A stretch of DNA of 64,000 bases from the human T2T-CHM13v2.0 reference genome, Homo sapiens. Under the pieces are notes generated by a model. That model searched no databases. It was not told the origin of the DNA and saw nothing but the letters and a program-made list of their open reading frames with translations. The position numbers and the translations under genes are program-made. Shown in pieces: positions 30,595 through 43,865 of this stretch (positions within the stretch are counted from its first letter, which is position 1; each line of letters begins with the position of its first letter). Where the stretch lies: assembly GCF_009914755.1 (NCBI RefSeq), contig NC_060945.1. One strand, given 5' to 3'.

Positions 30595-32077
30595 TGATAG
30601 CAGTGGTAGCCTGTCTGGAGCAGCCACTGGGAAGACGGCTGCAGTGGCGGAGGTATAGCCAGGGTTGCACACTCTGCAGGGCTGGTGGGAGCCAGGAACA
30701 GGCGGGAGCCCAGCCACAGCTCCAGACCCAGGCATCCCAGTGCTCTTGGAGGCCCGGGAAGTCCCTGCCCCTGCAGGCTCAGAAGTGCTTGTTCTGCTCC
30801 AGCCATCTGGCCGTTCCCCTCTACGGGTGCCTGTTCCAGTGAGGAGCAAAGTTGTGGCAGAGCCTGGGTGCTGTCACAACCCAGCTGGGTGTGTGCATGC
30901 TCAGGGTGGTGCTGACCTGCCAGCCCCATGCAGCTTCATTCCTTTCAGAACTTTGAGCATCAACAAGCATTGGAGGGAGGTGAGGGGGGGATGAGGGCAC
31001 CTTGGCGTAGGCCTGCAGGCACCCCTCAGCATGAACAGCCTGGGGGCCGTGGATGGTATGTTGATGGCAGAAAGGAGAGAGGTTCCTGGGTAGAATGGGG
31101 TGGCCCCTGGTAAAACCCCACCTTTAAGCCAGGGACACCCTAAAGCCTGGGGGGCTGGGCTGCCAGTTCTGGGTGGAGTCTGCAGCTCTGAGTGAGAAGT
31201 TATGGTGTTTTTTCCAGGCCTGCCCATGGCCACTCATGGACCAATCAGCACGTACTTCCTCCCTTCTGAGCCCATAAAAACCCCTGGACTTACCCAGACT
31301 CACATAGATGTCGAGACTACCAGCTGCAGAAAGGAGCTACCCATTTTGGGTCTCCTCGACTCATTTGAATGACCTCCCTGTGAAAAGGAGCTATCCACTT
31401 TGGGTCTCCTGAGAGCTTGTTCTGTCACTCAGTGAAGCTCCTCTCCACCTTGCTCACCCTCCAGTTGTCTGCATGCCTCATTCTTTCTGCACACTGGACA
31501 AGAACTCAAGACCCACTGAATGGCAGGACAGAAAGAGCTGTAATTCAAACAGGGCTGAAACACCTGCCCCTGCTCACCACTGTGCGTGATGAGAAGGAGA
31601 AAAGAGCTGTGGCCCTTCGGGGAGCCCAGATCTAGGAGCTCCCCAAGCCAGGGCTGTGACACCCTCTTTGGGGATCTGCAGTTCCTGGTGTCTCCAAGCT
31701 TCCAGGTGCCACTGTGTTCCCCTCGTCCAGTTGTGGGTGCCCACAGCAGAAGCCACATGCAGTACATCTGGTCCAGCCACAGCTTCGCACAGAGCTAGCA
31801 CCTGTGCTGGCACCTGGAGCTGCCTGCCCCACTGTAGCAGCTGGCATGCCTGGCCATGCACAGTGGCTGGATGCCCCCACCACACACCCCTTGCTGCTCC
31901 ACACCTGGCTGACCCGTGGTAGGTGTGGGATCTGGGCTGATAGCGTGAGCCAAGCACAGGCTGCCGGGCTGAGTGGGTGGGACAAGCCCACTGGGTGCAA
32001 GCAATACTCAGGCAGAAAGTGCCACCGACCACAGAGGTTTCCAGCTGGCGAAGTGACAGCCCAAGGATCCCGTGACA
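30595..32077 (+). mobile_element. MER52-family (ERV1) solo LTR inserted in an L2 fragment
   Basis: TG...CA termini (tgatagcagtggtagcctgtctggagcagcc ... ccaaggatcccgtgaca), 4-bp TSD GAAC on both sides; internal CCAAT (~31241) and CATAAAA (~31273). Confidence 0.8.
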
Positions 32078-32713
32078 GAACCACATCTGCCCCATGTCTC
32101 ATGTCAATCTTAACTCCTCATGCTTTACCTTGTCCTGCAGGGTCCATCTATCAGCAAGATCTACCAGCTCTGGCTTCAAAATAGTCCCCAGATCTGTCCA
32201 CCTTTCTCCGTTCTTCTTTCTCCGTCAGGATAACATAGTCCAAGCCACGACCATAGCAACAGACTCCTAACTTGTTCCCCCCTCTTCCATTCTCAGCCCC
32301 AACAATCCTTCCTCCACCAGGCAGCCAGAGTGGCCTGTTAGTCTTGGAGAGGTAAACAGTAGCATATCTTTGCCCCACTCAGTGCCCTCCAACGGTGAGC
32401 CATCGAAAGCCTGCTCAGCTCTGAGACTGTTGCACCCTCTCATGGAAAGTTCAACAAGAGTGAGCACAGGTTGGACATGTTGAGTTTACTGTTTATTTTA
32501 TGACATACTTCCAAAACCCTCTTAAAGAGAATATCCCGAATATATTGTGCTGCAGAAAACATGCAGCTTCATTCCCTGCCTTTACTCACTTTTTTACAGT
32601 GTTTTCTGTTTCTGCTATATATTATTACTCTCTGGTCTTTTTATCAATAATCACTTACACAGAATATGGGCTGGGAGGATTTCTCAAAGGGAGGTCCTGA
32701 CCATCTGCAGAGC

Positions 32714-33100
32714 GGATGTAGTTTGGATGTGTGTCCCCTCTAAATCTCATGCTGATTGTAATCTCCAGTGTTGGAGGTGGGGCCTGGTGGGAGGTAGGAG
32801 GTGTTTGGGCCATGGAGACGGATCCCTCCTGGCTTGGTGACGTCCATGTGACAGTGAGTGAGTGCTTGTGAGATCTGGTTGAGATCTTGCTTGCCCTCTG
32901 TCTCTCACCATGTGACACGCCTACTCCCACTTCACCTTCTACCATGAGTAAAAGCTCCCTGAGGCCTCCCCAGAAGCTGAGCAGATGCCGGCACCATGTC
33001 TGTACAGTCCGCAGAACCACGAGCCAATTAAATCTCTTTTCTTCATAAATTGCCCAGTCTTAGGTATTCCTTTATAGCAATGCAAGAACAGCCTAACACA
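32714..33100 (+). mobile_element. MST (MSTA/B) MaLR solo LTR
   Basis: gtttggatgtgtgtcccctctaaatctcatg...ttggaggtggggcctgg...ccaattaaatctcttttc...ctttatagcaatgcaagaacagcctaacaca. Confidence 0.85.
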
Positions 33101-33458
33101 AGGTCCAATGCTGTCCCCTGCACCACATCCTTCCCGAGTCCCCTACTACCTCCACTGCCCCTTTGAGGGCTACACGGCTGCATTTGGCATCTGCACATGG
33201 GATCCCCTGCATAAGAAGGAGCTGCCACTCATCTGAACAGCACAAACAGGCCACGGCAGGATTCCTCACATCTTCTGAACCTTCACACTGCCTTAGCGGC
33301 AGTGGCTCTCCAAGGCACCCGCTCATGGAAAGGGGCCCTGTGTGATCCTCAAGCACCCGGGGTCACCCAGTCCTTTCTCCTCAGTTTATGGGTACACCAG
33401 CCTGTCTGAAGCCCAGACAGTCCACAGGCATCCAGAGCTTAGCAGGTCACTACTCAAA

Positions 33459-34224
33459 CTCGTCATGATGATGCCCATTCTGTAAATGAGAAAATGGAGG
33501 GAGAGGATAAAGAACTGGCCTAAGGTCTCAACCGTTGTTCATTGTTGAGTGCAAGACTGAATGCCATAGCCCTTGACACCACAGCTGCTTTCTCCTGCTC
33601 TGTGCTAGGAGGCCACAGCTGTCCATACCCCAGGACACTGACCTACACCAGTGCATGTGACCACCGCCACATGAGATACTGCCTGCCTCAGGAGTCACTG
33701 TGCTTCAGAGGACACCTACACTTGCACACACCACAAAAGCTCACACATGCATTCACAACACACGCAACACACATGCACACACAACACATGCACTCACAAC
33801 ACACATGCAACACAATACACACACGTGCACAACACACATGCACACTTCTGCACACACCACACATCATACATGCACATACACAACACAACCATGACCCCAA
33901 TACACAGCACATATGCACACATGCGCATACATACATGCACTCAGCACATACACATACACACACGGCCCCCACAGAGGTTTTGTGCTTATGCTTATGACCC
34001 AGAGACTATTCAAGTGCATGTGGGGTCCATGCAATTTCTCCTGGCCACCTGCCCTCCCTCCCGCTCCCACGGCTTCCTCTCTACTCTCTGGAAAGCAGCT
34101 GTGGTGTCAAGGGCTATAGCATTCAGTCCTGCACTCAACAGTGAACAACGGTTGAGACCTTAGGCCAGTTCTTTATCCTCTCCCTACATTTTCTCATTTA
34201 CAGAATGGGCATCATCATGATGAG
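33459..34224. repeat. 134-bp inverted repeat (arms 33459-33592 and 34091-34224), MIR-derived, 498-bp spacer with CA-rich core
   Basis: Manual alignment: 129/134 identical, no gaps. Confidence 0.95.
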
Positions 34225-37200
34225 CCTGCAATAAAAAATTCACGCGATGTTGCTGAGACCCTCAGTGCACTTCCACACGGGCGCGCTTGCTCCTTCAACG
34301 ATTGCCGCCTCTGTAGCGCATCAGATCCCACTTCACAGGGCAGGTCTCAGGAGATGGGTGCTGCGGGCACCCCGGGTTGGAGCCAGTTTCCCAAGGCAGA
34401 GTGCTCCTGGGCTACTGCTTGACTGATGAGCACAAACCCCGGGACAGGAGGGAGGGACAGGGGCAGAGCGAGGCTGCAGAGAGGCCGATTGTCAGTGTGG
34501 ACTCTGCAACAGCCTGTGCGATCCCAGGACAGCACCCTGGAAGGCTTATAAACCTCTCAGGAGCATCCCTTGGGGAGTACACCCCCCTTACCCCACCCAG
34601 TCCTCAAAGAAGGCCACACTGCATGGGAGTGGCTCTGAAGAGGGCCCTGTGTGGTGACAGCAGGGAAGCCCTGGGTGGGAGGCAAGAGGGGCAGGCGTGA
34701 GCAGGTGGCGCACTGTCGGGTGCACACGTGCGAAGCTGGTCAGATTCACCCCAAAAGAACACAAGGTACAGAAGTGCCTCGAGGACCTGAACTGGGGCAG
34801 AAGAGGCTCTGCTACACCCTTGTTTCCAAATCAAATCATCATCCCTGCGGAGCCCTCTGGCTGTCCGTCCTTTGTTTTCTTTCTTCTCTTGACTCCTGTT
34901 ACCTCCGCATTTCTCAACTCTTATGGGGAAAGTTTGGACTTTTGAGGATACTGTTAGCCCAAAAAGCATCCTTTCATTCTGCCAGAGAAATTGACCATGC
35001 TCAGCATGCTGGGTTCCATCTGCAGAGCCACTCACGCTCCCGGCCTGGTTCCACGCCCAGCAGTGTCGCTGCTGCCGCCATGTATTCTGTTGCTATCGTT
35101 CCTGTAGTTGTCAGCACTGTGTTGTGTTGCTGTTTGTGGTGGTGGTGGTGGTGGTGTTTGAGTCCTGGGATCACTGCAAACCCCAGAATTCTTCAGATCC
35201 AGAGCTTGCTAGAATTTGGAACAACTGAGTCTGCCATATCCCCTTGTTCCCACAGTATCTAGCATGTGCCTGACACATTGTGAATGAGGATTCATTGAGC
35301 AATGTCCCTGGGGGATAAATATCATTAAATTGGAAGCAAATAAAAAATGGTAGCAGACATCCAACTCACCTATTTATGGGTGACTCCCAGGCATGGAACT
35401 GGAAAGCCCCAAATTCCCATGGCATGCAGAGTATGCACCATGAGGAACTGGACAGAGCAGGAAGTTTAATGTGTTGGATGCTGCCCAGCAGGCTGCATCC
35501 TGCTTGGTGTGGGTGAGTGACACTTGCCACTGGAACTTTTCTTGACCCAGAATTCTTCAAACATTCCATTGTGGGAATGGCTGCTTTTGATTTCCCTTAT
35601 GGCTTCAGCCTGGATTAAACCCGGGTGGGGGTTGTTATCTGCACAGGGAGCCAAGAGTGTGGGGCCACAGGCAGAGGCTGTGCAAGGAATTGGAAGTTCC
35701 TTGGCCATCATCTGTCGGTTGTGGCTTGCATGGATGGGCTGGCCAGGATGTGGCCCCCCTTGTGCCACAGCTCCCCACCCTCTGCCAAAGAAAGTCAGGT
35801 TCACAGAGGCATTTTTTTGGTCTTGTTTCATTTATTGCTGAATTCCTGGGCCCTAGACCAGTGTCTGGCTAGCGCATGTTGAATAAGTCATTCAATCAAT
35901 CAATCAGTCAACTGGAGACTTAGATGAGCTAAGAATTAAGCAGACCAAAATTTTTGGCTGCCTACTTAATATTGCAGAATTAATCAAAACTGGTTTTTAC
36001 TGTGTTCATTTTGGACACCTCTATGTAATCTCTCTCTGTCTCTCTCTCTTTCTCTCTCTACCCTCCGCCACCCCTCTCACAAAAACAAAAACACTACCCA
36101 TTCACTCCTTGAATTATAGGAGGATATGGGAATTGGGATGAAAAATTCCCCAATACTTATAAATTCCTTCCTGTTCTAGTACCACCATCTCCAAACATCT
36201 CATTGGGGGCAAAAAAAATAAAATTTAAAATTGTGTCTGCATATGAAACCTCTCAAAACCGAAAAGAGAAAACAAGGATTTTTCCCTCTCTCTATTTTGA
36301 AATTGGCTTAAAAAGGAGTTTGAGAAAATCTTGTCCATCTGCTGCCCAGCCTTCACTCTGCTGAGCATTGCTCAGTCAGGGTTACATGAAGCTGAAGAAA
36401 TAATGGAAAGGCACAGAAAACCTCATCCCAACCCACACCGCTAAGCATTTTCCAAAACAGCACTCTTGCCAAATGGGCTTTTGGCTTCATCCACTCGAAC
36501 AACTTTCTTGCTCACTGCTAAGAGGAGGCGTTTTGGCAGGGAAAGGAATGCATGGTGCGAGTCTGACATTCCATTCCAGTGGAGACACAGGGTAAGAGAC
36601 AGGTGACGCTACCTAGTGTCCTCTGTGCAGAGCGTTCCTCCTGCCACACACTCATCCTCCTGTCAGCCAGTTCCAGCAGGCAGCTGCCTCTCTGCCCCAC
36701 ACTGCCCCTAGCAGCTGCTTGCTGATGGATTCATTTCACGGATTGTGTGTTTAGGGCATGCGGTCCGCCAGGCACTGTGGTAAGTGCTTGATGTATATGA
36801 ACTCTATACAACCTACAAGGTCGGTATTACTGTTCTGCCTGTTTTACAGATGAGGAGGCTGAGGTCCAAGTCAGGGACCTTGCCCAAGGCCACACGGCTG
36901 GGAGATGTCAGAGCCAGGATCCCTCCTGGGGCCTTTTGGTTCCAGCTGTGGGCTTCCCCCGCACATGGTGCTCTCCCTCCTGTGGCCGCACCTGCCCGTA
37001 TCTCGCCCCTCCAGAGCCCAGGTGGCCACAGAGCTGATCTGACCAACCCTCCTCCTGAACAGGAGTTGGAAGATGGTCTCCAGAACCCACCCCAGCCCAC
37101 CTGGGGCCTTCCAGAACCCATTCCCTTCCATTTGCCATTTAAACTGGAGGGCAAGGGCTCTCAGAGGAGATGCTTCTGGCTACTTGAGACCAATACACAT

Positions 37201-38180
37201 GCATCAAAGAGCCAGTACGTGCCAGGCTCCACCATGGTAAGTGTTCTCAGCATGCTGGAAAACCTTGGACAATTCCTTCCCTGTCTCTTGCTTCAGTCCG
37301 AGGACCGTTGAAAGACTAAGCTGGGGCTGGGAGCCACGGAGGATTTTCTGAGCACACTGGAAAGCCCGAAGGTCGGCCCAGGGTCTCATGGGGAATATTC
37401 AAGAAGGTTCAGGGTCCCATGTACCCAGTTTTACCGCTGTTGGTTACCACTAACATTTGCTTTGTGGGCCATTTCAATATTTATTTGGTTATAAATGCCC
37501 ACATAAGTAGCTCTCGGCCCCAGGGCACCATGACCTTTGAAGCACTTGGTGCTCGGTGTTGGAAAGCAAACCAGAGAAGATGGTCAGTGACGTCTTCATG
37601 TGGAGAAAAGAGAAGGGGAGGATGCATCTGAGGCACTTCTGGAAAGAAAGCAGGACGGGAAAAAGAGAGCTCCACGTCTTGAATATAATCAGGGACTCGG
37701 GACTCCGCAGCATGACCTCTACAGGTGACCTCACCTGGGAAAGAAAGGACGTGGCTTGAATCAGTTGTTTGCAACCCTGTCTCTCCCCCATAAAACTTCT
37801 CCATCCAAAGAAATCTTACTCAGAAGACTGTCTCAGACCTGCCTGTGGGAGGATTCTCTCGCTAGCCAGAAAGTATAGGACCAATGCCCGCTGGAGATTT
37901 TACCATTTGTTTTCTCCCTCTCACCTGTGCCCAGACACCCATAGGGTGACCGACCTCTGCCCTACGGGGATCCTGGCAGTCCCAGCAGCCCAGAAACCCC
38001 CATCCAGGTGCCAGGGTCAGAGGCGCAGGAATGTGTCACAGACTCCTGGCATGACAACAAGTGTCGTGGCCGAGACAATGGCCAGGCTGCCTCTGCTATG
38101 AGGCAGTGCGTGTTCTTGCATCATTATGTGTTCCCCCAGAACAGAAACGAGGGGCTGGGGCTGGCCCTCAGACACAATTC

Positions 38181-38335
38181 TCCTATTTACTTCCTGGGGC
38201 AGCCATAACAAAGCACCACAAGCTGGGGGTGCTTAAATGACAGGAAGGTACTCTCTCAGCTGGGGATCCAGCATCTAGATGTGGGCAGAGCTGCTCCTCC
38301 TGAGGCTCCTCCTAACTCTGGTGGTTGCTGGTGAT
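38181..38335 (-). mobile_element. MLT1 LTR fragment
   Basis: tacttcctggggcagccataacaaagcaccacaagctgggggtgcttaaatgacagg. Confidence 0.6.
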
Positions 38336-39694
38336 CAAAGGGCCTCACTGAGTTCCCTCAGGGGTGGAAGGTGCTCCTCAACAGGCAGCAGGACCTGCCT
38401 CCCAGGGCTCCCCAACTCTCCTTAGCAGGAAGAGGCATCATGAAAGTGGGCTCCCATAAGTGGCCCAAGTGCCAAGCCCTGGGCGCCATGCTTGTGCAGG
38501 ACAGTGCATTTCCTCTTGTTGATCTGTGAGGGAAGGATGACACGCCCAGTGTACAGAGGAGGAAACTGAGGTCCCAAGAAGCCGAGAAATGTTACTCAAA
38601 GTCCCACAGTTAGACAGGATTGCTCAAGGCTTATTTGACTTCCAAGTCCTTGTTCTTCCTACAGCACCAACCTGCCATTTATAATATGATGCTGAATGCA
38701 TTTCCTCCTCTAGAGGTTGATCAAAACTAAATCAGGAAATCAGTGGTGCCTACAGAAACCAGTGTTTATGATTCACATCTTTCAAGGCAGGAATGGGAAG
38801 CAAATGCTTCTGGGGGATCGCGATGACATGGAGGTGAATTCCTCCAGCAAATGTGATTGTGGAGTTACCGCGTGGTGAGATAAGTAGGGGAGGGCATCTG
38901 GGTTAAAAATAGACATTAAAAAATGCTCCCGAACACAGTTTGGAGATTGAAGGTGTACAGGAAACTGGGACACTGATCAAGCCCCAGTGGGACAGACTAT
39001 TCCGAAGGAAGCCCGGAGGAGAACCATGACTCCACCTGCCCCCTTCTGCTGGAGGAGTAGAGGCGTCCTGGCAGCTTCACTCGCTCAGGCAGGATGGAGG
39101 TGACATAAATGTTTCCTGCACCAAAGCATTCAGAGCTAGGTTAGGAAAGTACAGACAAGAAGAAAGGACAGCAGTCACAAAACTGGCCTTTCTAGTTCTT
39201 CCTTAGATCTCATAGTGAGCTCAGTAGCAACTGGGGTAAAGTAGGTGCTCCTACTTCAGCAAGGACGAATCATAAGATGACCCCATCCCATCACCGAGTC
39301 CCCTCATTTTCCACCTTTCTCTCACTGGCTCCCCAATCCCAAGTGTACCTCTGCTCCAACATCCACCCCTCCTCACTTCCACCTTTAGCGCCTACCTGAG
39401 TGGATCTCGCTGGGCCTGTGAACCCCTCAGCCACAGGTGCTGTTTCTCCAGGGCCCTCCATGGGGTCCTGGGCTTTCCAGGGCTCCTCATGCCCTAAGCC
39501 TACTGAGGACAAGCCTCCAGGAGCTAACTGCACACAGTGCTCCCACACTCTGGATAGACAAGGTGTTGTGGTCTCTGTCTAGTACCACAGGTCATGAGGC
39601 TGAGACAGTTTCATCAAGTTCAAAGACAGGCACTGATGATTTGCTTCTGTTACCCTGTGAGATTTAAATGACAGAATCATGTGGCTACTCTCAT

Positions 39695-40320
39695 TTTTTC
39701 CCTTCCCTTCCCTTTCCTTTCCTTTTCTTTCCTTTCATTTCCTTTCTGACACAGGGATTTGCTGTGTCACCCAGGCTGGAGTACAGCAGTACCTTCTCTG
39801 CTTATTGAAGCCTTGATCTCCTAGGCTCAGGTGATCCTCCCACCACAGCCCCCCAGGCAGCTGGGATTACAAGTACGTACCATCACACCTGGCTAAGTTT
39901 TTGTATTTTTCATAGAGCCAGGGCCTCACTATGTTGTCCAGTACGGTCTCGAACTCCTGGACTCAAGCAATCCTCTCACCTCAGCCTCACAAATTGCTGG
40001 GATTACAAGCGTGAGCCACTGTGCCCAGCTTTTTTCTTTTCTTTTTTTTCTTTTTTTTTTTTTGGACAGAGTCTCATTCTGTTGCTCAGGCTGAGTGCAT
40101 TGGTGTAATCATGGCTCACTGTAGCCTTGACCTCCGGGCTCAAGTGACCCTCCTGCCTCAGCCTTCTGAGTAGATGGGATTACAGGTGTGTGCCACCATG
40201 CCTGGCTTTTTAAATTATTCTTATTATTTGTATAGGTCTTGAACTCCTGGGCTCAAGCAATCTACCCACCTCAGCCTCCCAAAGTGCTGGGATTACAGGT
40301 GTGAACCACCATGCCCAGCC
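39695..40320 (-). mobile_element. Two tandem AluJ elements (~39695-40029 and ~40030-40320)
   Basis: Two pyrimidine tails each followed by a diverged reverse Alu. Confidence 0.9.
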
Positions 40321-41285
40321 CTCATTCTCATTTATTCTGAGAACGTGAGAAATTGTCCAGGAAGCCCTCCCTTCCTACTCATTAGGTGAGGTCACATTCT
40401 GCCACCTGCCAGACCCACTCAGCTCTGTGCGCAGTGCCACGCCAGGCCCACTGGAGCTGCCCAAGACTGTGGTCAGCCTCTCTGCTCCCATGGAAGCAAC
40501 TGGAGAGAAGAGTGAGAAATATGAGTCAAAAAGTTGTGTGGCGACGTGGGGTGGGGGATCCTTTCCTGCAGGACATGAGAAAAATGGATGGTGAATGGCA
40601 GAGTTTGAGGAGGACCATATGTAGGCACTTGTCTTTCTGTATCTATGTCAAAAAAGCATAATTTTAAGAAAGAAATTGAGTTCTGTCATTTTAAAAGTCG
40701 GAAACTTTAATCAAACTCTACCTCTGCTATCTACCAGGTATTTGCAACTCTGAACAAATTATTTTGCTTATATAAGCCTTTATTTCCTCAACCTGTAAAC
40801 TTGAGATAATAAGTCTTGTTTCCCTCACCTCAAAAGGTTGCTGGATGAGCCTATTATATTGGGAATTAAATGTAGGTTTGGTTTTTTCTGGCCAAGTATA
40901 AAGCACTGTAAAAATGCAGGGTATTTACTCTTGCCCTATGGTAAAGAGAAAATTAAAGTAATTGGTGCTATTATATTCTACTCCTAGCTTTTGTGAAAGA
41001 TTTAGTGTAGATTATATAAACTCTTAAAAAGCTTTATTGTATGTTGATCAACAAAAACGTCTGTTTGAAAGACGTGATGCCTGAAAAAGTAATATGTTTA
41101 TTAAACCTAATAAATGCATCTGTATAAAAGCATCCAGATTCTACCATTTTCAAGGGACTGTTGCAAAGATCCAAGGGCACCGTGAGGCTGCAAACCTCCT
41201 TGAACTCTGAAAAGCAATTCACGTATTAGTTGTGGCTGATATTATGATGAGTGCAAGCTGCAGGCAGCAGCGTGGCCAGCCCTGA

Positions 41286-41302
41286 GTCCACCAGAGGGAG
41301 AC
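41286..41302 (+). promoter_or_regulatory. Candidate CTCF site
   Basis: gtCCACCAGAGGGAGAC, near match to the core; motif only. Confidence 0.35.
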
Positions 41303-43553
41303 GAATCACACCACTGGAGGCTCAGGGGAGACATCAGCTGTGAGGGGGCAGCAGGATGATTGCCATGAAAGGGAGGACAATGGAAGAGAAGGGAGGAGAT
41401 GGACATGGGGTTGGGAGAGCCACAGGGACAGAGAGCATGGAGAGCCCCAAGCAGAGAGTGGCAGAGGGGCACTCAGAGACACCCTCACCGCCCCTGGTGG
41501 ATACCGTTTAGCTCCCTCAAAAGACGAGGAGCGCTTGAGCAGGGAAGGGGAGCCCCCAGAAGCATCCAGCCCAGCACTGGTCGGGAACTGGAACCAGCCG
41601 CTGAGGCTCCCGTTCTACCCCAGGGCACTGACAAGTCACGAGGCTGCAAATCCTAGGTATTTACCCACCTCACTTCCTGGTCTTTAAGATTGCAGCTGCC
41701 AAAACCTTGTCATCGTCCTACGATTGTTTTCAGGGGTTTCAGCTCGACTACTTTAATGCAATGACAGTGTCACATTTATATCCTGGAACCCATCCAGATG
41801 CTCTGGAGGCCAGAACACCCTGCCAGGAGAGGATAATGAAGCAGATGACACCTAAGAGGGTTGCAGGCCCAGCTGACAACCCCCTACCCCAGCCTGAGTT
41901 GGCAACCTTTGGACATAGTCCTCAGCTTGGGGGCAGAAGAGGCTGCTGGGGCCCCCTGAGGTGCTGTTGTCTTCTGAAAGCTTCCTCATTCTGGTTGTGC
42001 TGAGCAGGGAGGTCAAAGCCTCTTACTCCAAAAAGTCAGCAGATCATTAGTCTAATTAGCATAATAAAGCTGGCATTTTCGCTTGGCTCTGAGCCTGGAG
42101 TTAAGTAGCTTACAGTTGTGCAGGGTGTGGACTGCACAACCCAACGGTTCTCATTCCCATGGACTTGCTAGACATGGCACCCCCCAGAGGCTGTTCAGTG
42201 TCCAGCTTGTTTAACCCTGAGCAGGGTCTGGAAGTTAGGGACCTACAGGCTATGGTGGTGTAGGGAGGAAAATGGGCTTACCTGCTAGTGAAGACTGCGG
42301 GAGGTCAGTGTTTAGGGAGGAAAGAAAATCAACAGGAAATGTGGAATACGCGTTTCTTCCACTCTGTTCTCCAGGATTTTCATTCCTTGGCCAGTTGCTT
42401 CCGGGAATTTATTCCCTTGTCTGGAAATACCATCTCTCTGTTGTTCCTTGAAAACAAAGAACAGAAACATAAGAGAAATCCTTTCATTACCTGGTACAGG
42501 GCTACCCATGGACACAATGAGGGGCCTGTAGGAGCAAACAATGGGGGATTCATTGACCCCACTGAAAGAAATACGCACAAGCAGGCGAACCAACCCACAT
42601 CTTTTTTGTTGTTGTTGTTTATTTGTTTGTTTTGCTTTCACAATATTCTAACCGGGAAAAAAGCAAGTTTGATTCACAGGAGGAAAAAGCGGTTGGAGAC
42701 TTATGCAAACTGTTGTGATATTTGCACCCATATTCTAAAAAGGAACCCCGTGCATGCCGACCCCTGCCCACACAAGCAAGGGGGTCTGGAGAAAGTGAGC
42801 ATTTGCCATGAAAGCGGCAAGGAGGGTTTCTAAGATGCGACCTGCTTGCAAACCAGCCCAAGCTTCACTGCAATGTTCTTTTCAACTGTTTCCACCATTC
42901 TGAAGGTGGATGGCAGATGAGACCCTGGCCAGTCTCTGCAGCCGTGGAGACAAAAACTACAGGCTCAAGAACAAGGACTGGTGCTCAGTGAGAACTGCCC
43001 AACTCTCCCCAGCTCCCCCAAACCCGCTTTGTCCATTAAACAATCGGGAAACGGAGAAAAATATTTGCAGACACAATGTGGTCTGAGGTTGATACATTCT
43101 TATCTAGAGTAGATTCATCTTGGATAAACAGACACTGTTCATTTTCCTAAGACACAGGGCATTTCGTGCAGGTTCAGTGACAGAGCGGCTGGCTGTTTCT
43201 GCAAGTGGGGGTGCGTGGAGAGGGAGATGCAGAACAGTCGCGTCCCCACTTCTGCAAGCTAACTGGTTGTGCTTCTCGAAAAGGCTACCATCCCCGGGAG
43301 ACACTGCAGCTTCCCCTGTGAAAAGGAACCTCACTATCCCAAAATGGCACCAAATGCTCAAAGACAGTGTAGGTGGGTCAGGGCAGCCCCACCCTGCCGC
43401 TGCTGCGGAGCGGAACGAGCTTCCTCTTCCTTCTAAGATTCAACAACTACTCATTGAGCATTTAACCAGTTTCTGCCACTTGCCAGTTGTGCCTCAGTTT
43501 CCTCATCTGTAAACAAGGGTGACAATTGTTAGATCTGCCATGCATGATGTTGC

Positions 43554-43865
43554 GAAGATTCAATGAGCTGATACTGTAGCTGCTTAGAAGAAGCCCCGGT
43601 CAACACAGGGCTGTGGTGAAGATTCAATGAACTGATACTGTAGCTGCTTAGAAGAAGCCAGGTCAACATGGGGCTGTCACGGAGATTCAATGAGCTGATA
43701 CTGTAGCTGCTTAGAGGAAGCCCAGGTCAACATGGGGCTGTGGTGAAGATTCAATGAGCTGATACTGTAACGGCTTAGAAGAAGCCAGGTCAACATGGGG
43801 CTGTCATGGAGACTCAATAAGCTGATACTGTAGCTGCTTAGAAGAAGTCCAGCTCAACATGGGGC
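43554..43865 (+). repeat. Minisatellite, 5 x ~62 bp
   Basis: Unit gaagattcaatgagctgatactgtagctgcttagaagaagccaggtcaacatggggctgt(ggt/cac). Confidence 0.95.

Larger units (their letters stand above)
35810..42400 (-). ncRNA. LINC00323: Probable lncRNA LINC00323 (approximate extent, internal exons not resolved)
   Basis: Recalled position about 20-27 kb upstream of BACE2 on the opposite strand; minus-strand donor CAG|GTAAGC at 42282/42281 and minus-strand AATAAA at 35831-35836 fit those ends. Confidence 0.45.

Noticed and set aside
34651-37311. 203-aa (34651-35262) and 175-aa (36784-37311) ORFs in mostly unique sequence
   Set aside because: Near-cognate starts, partly MIR or simple-repeat derived, no recognisable protein features
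43554-43865. CRISPR-like regularly spaced repeats
   Set aside because: Human DNA, contiguous tandem units with no unique spacers, MIR-derived, no cas genes
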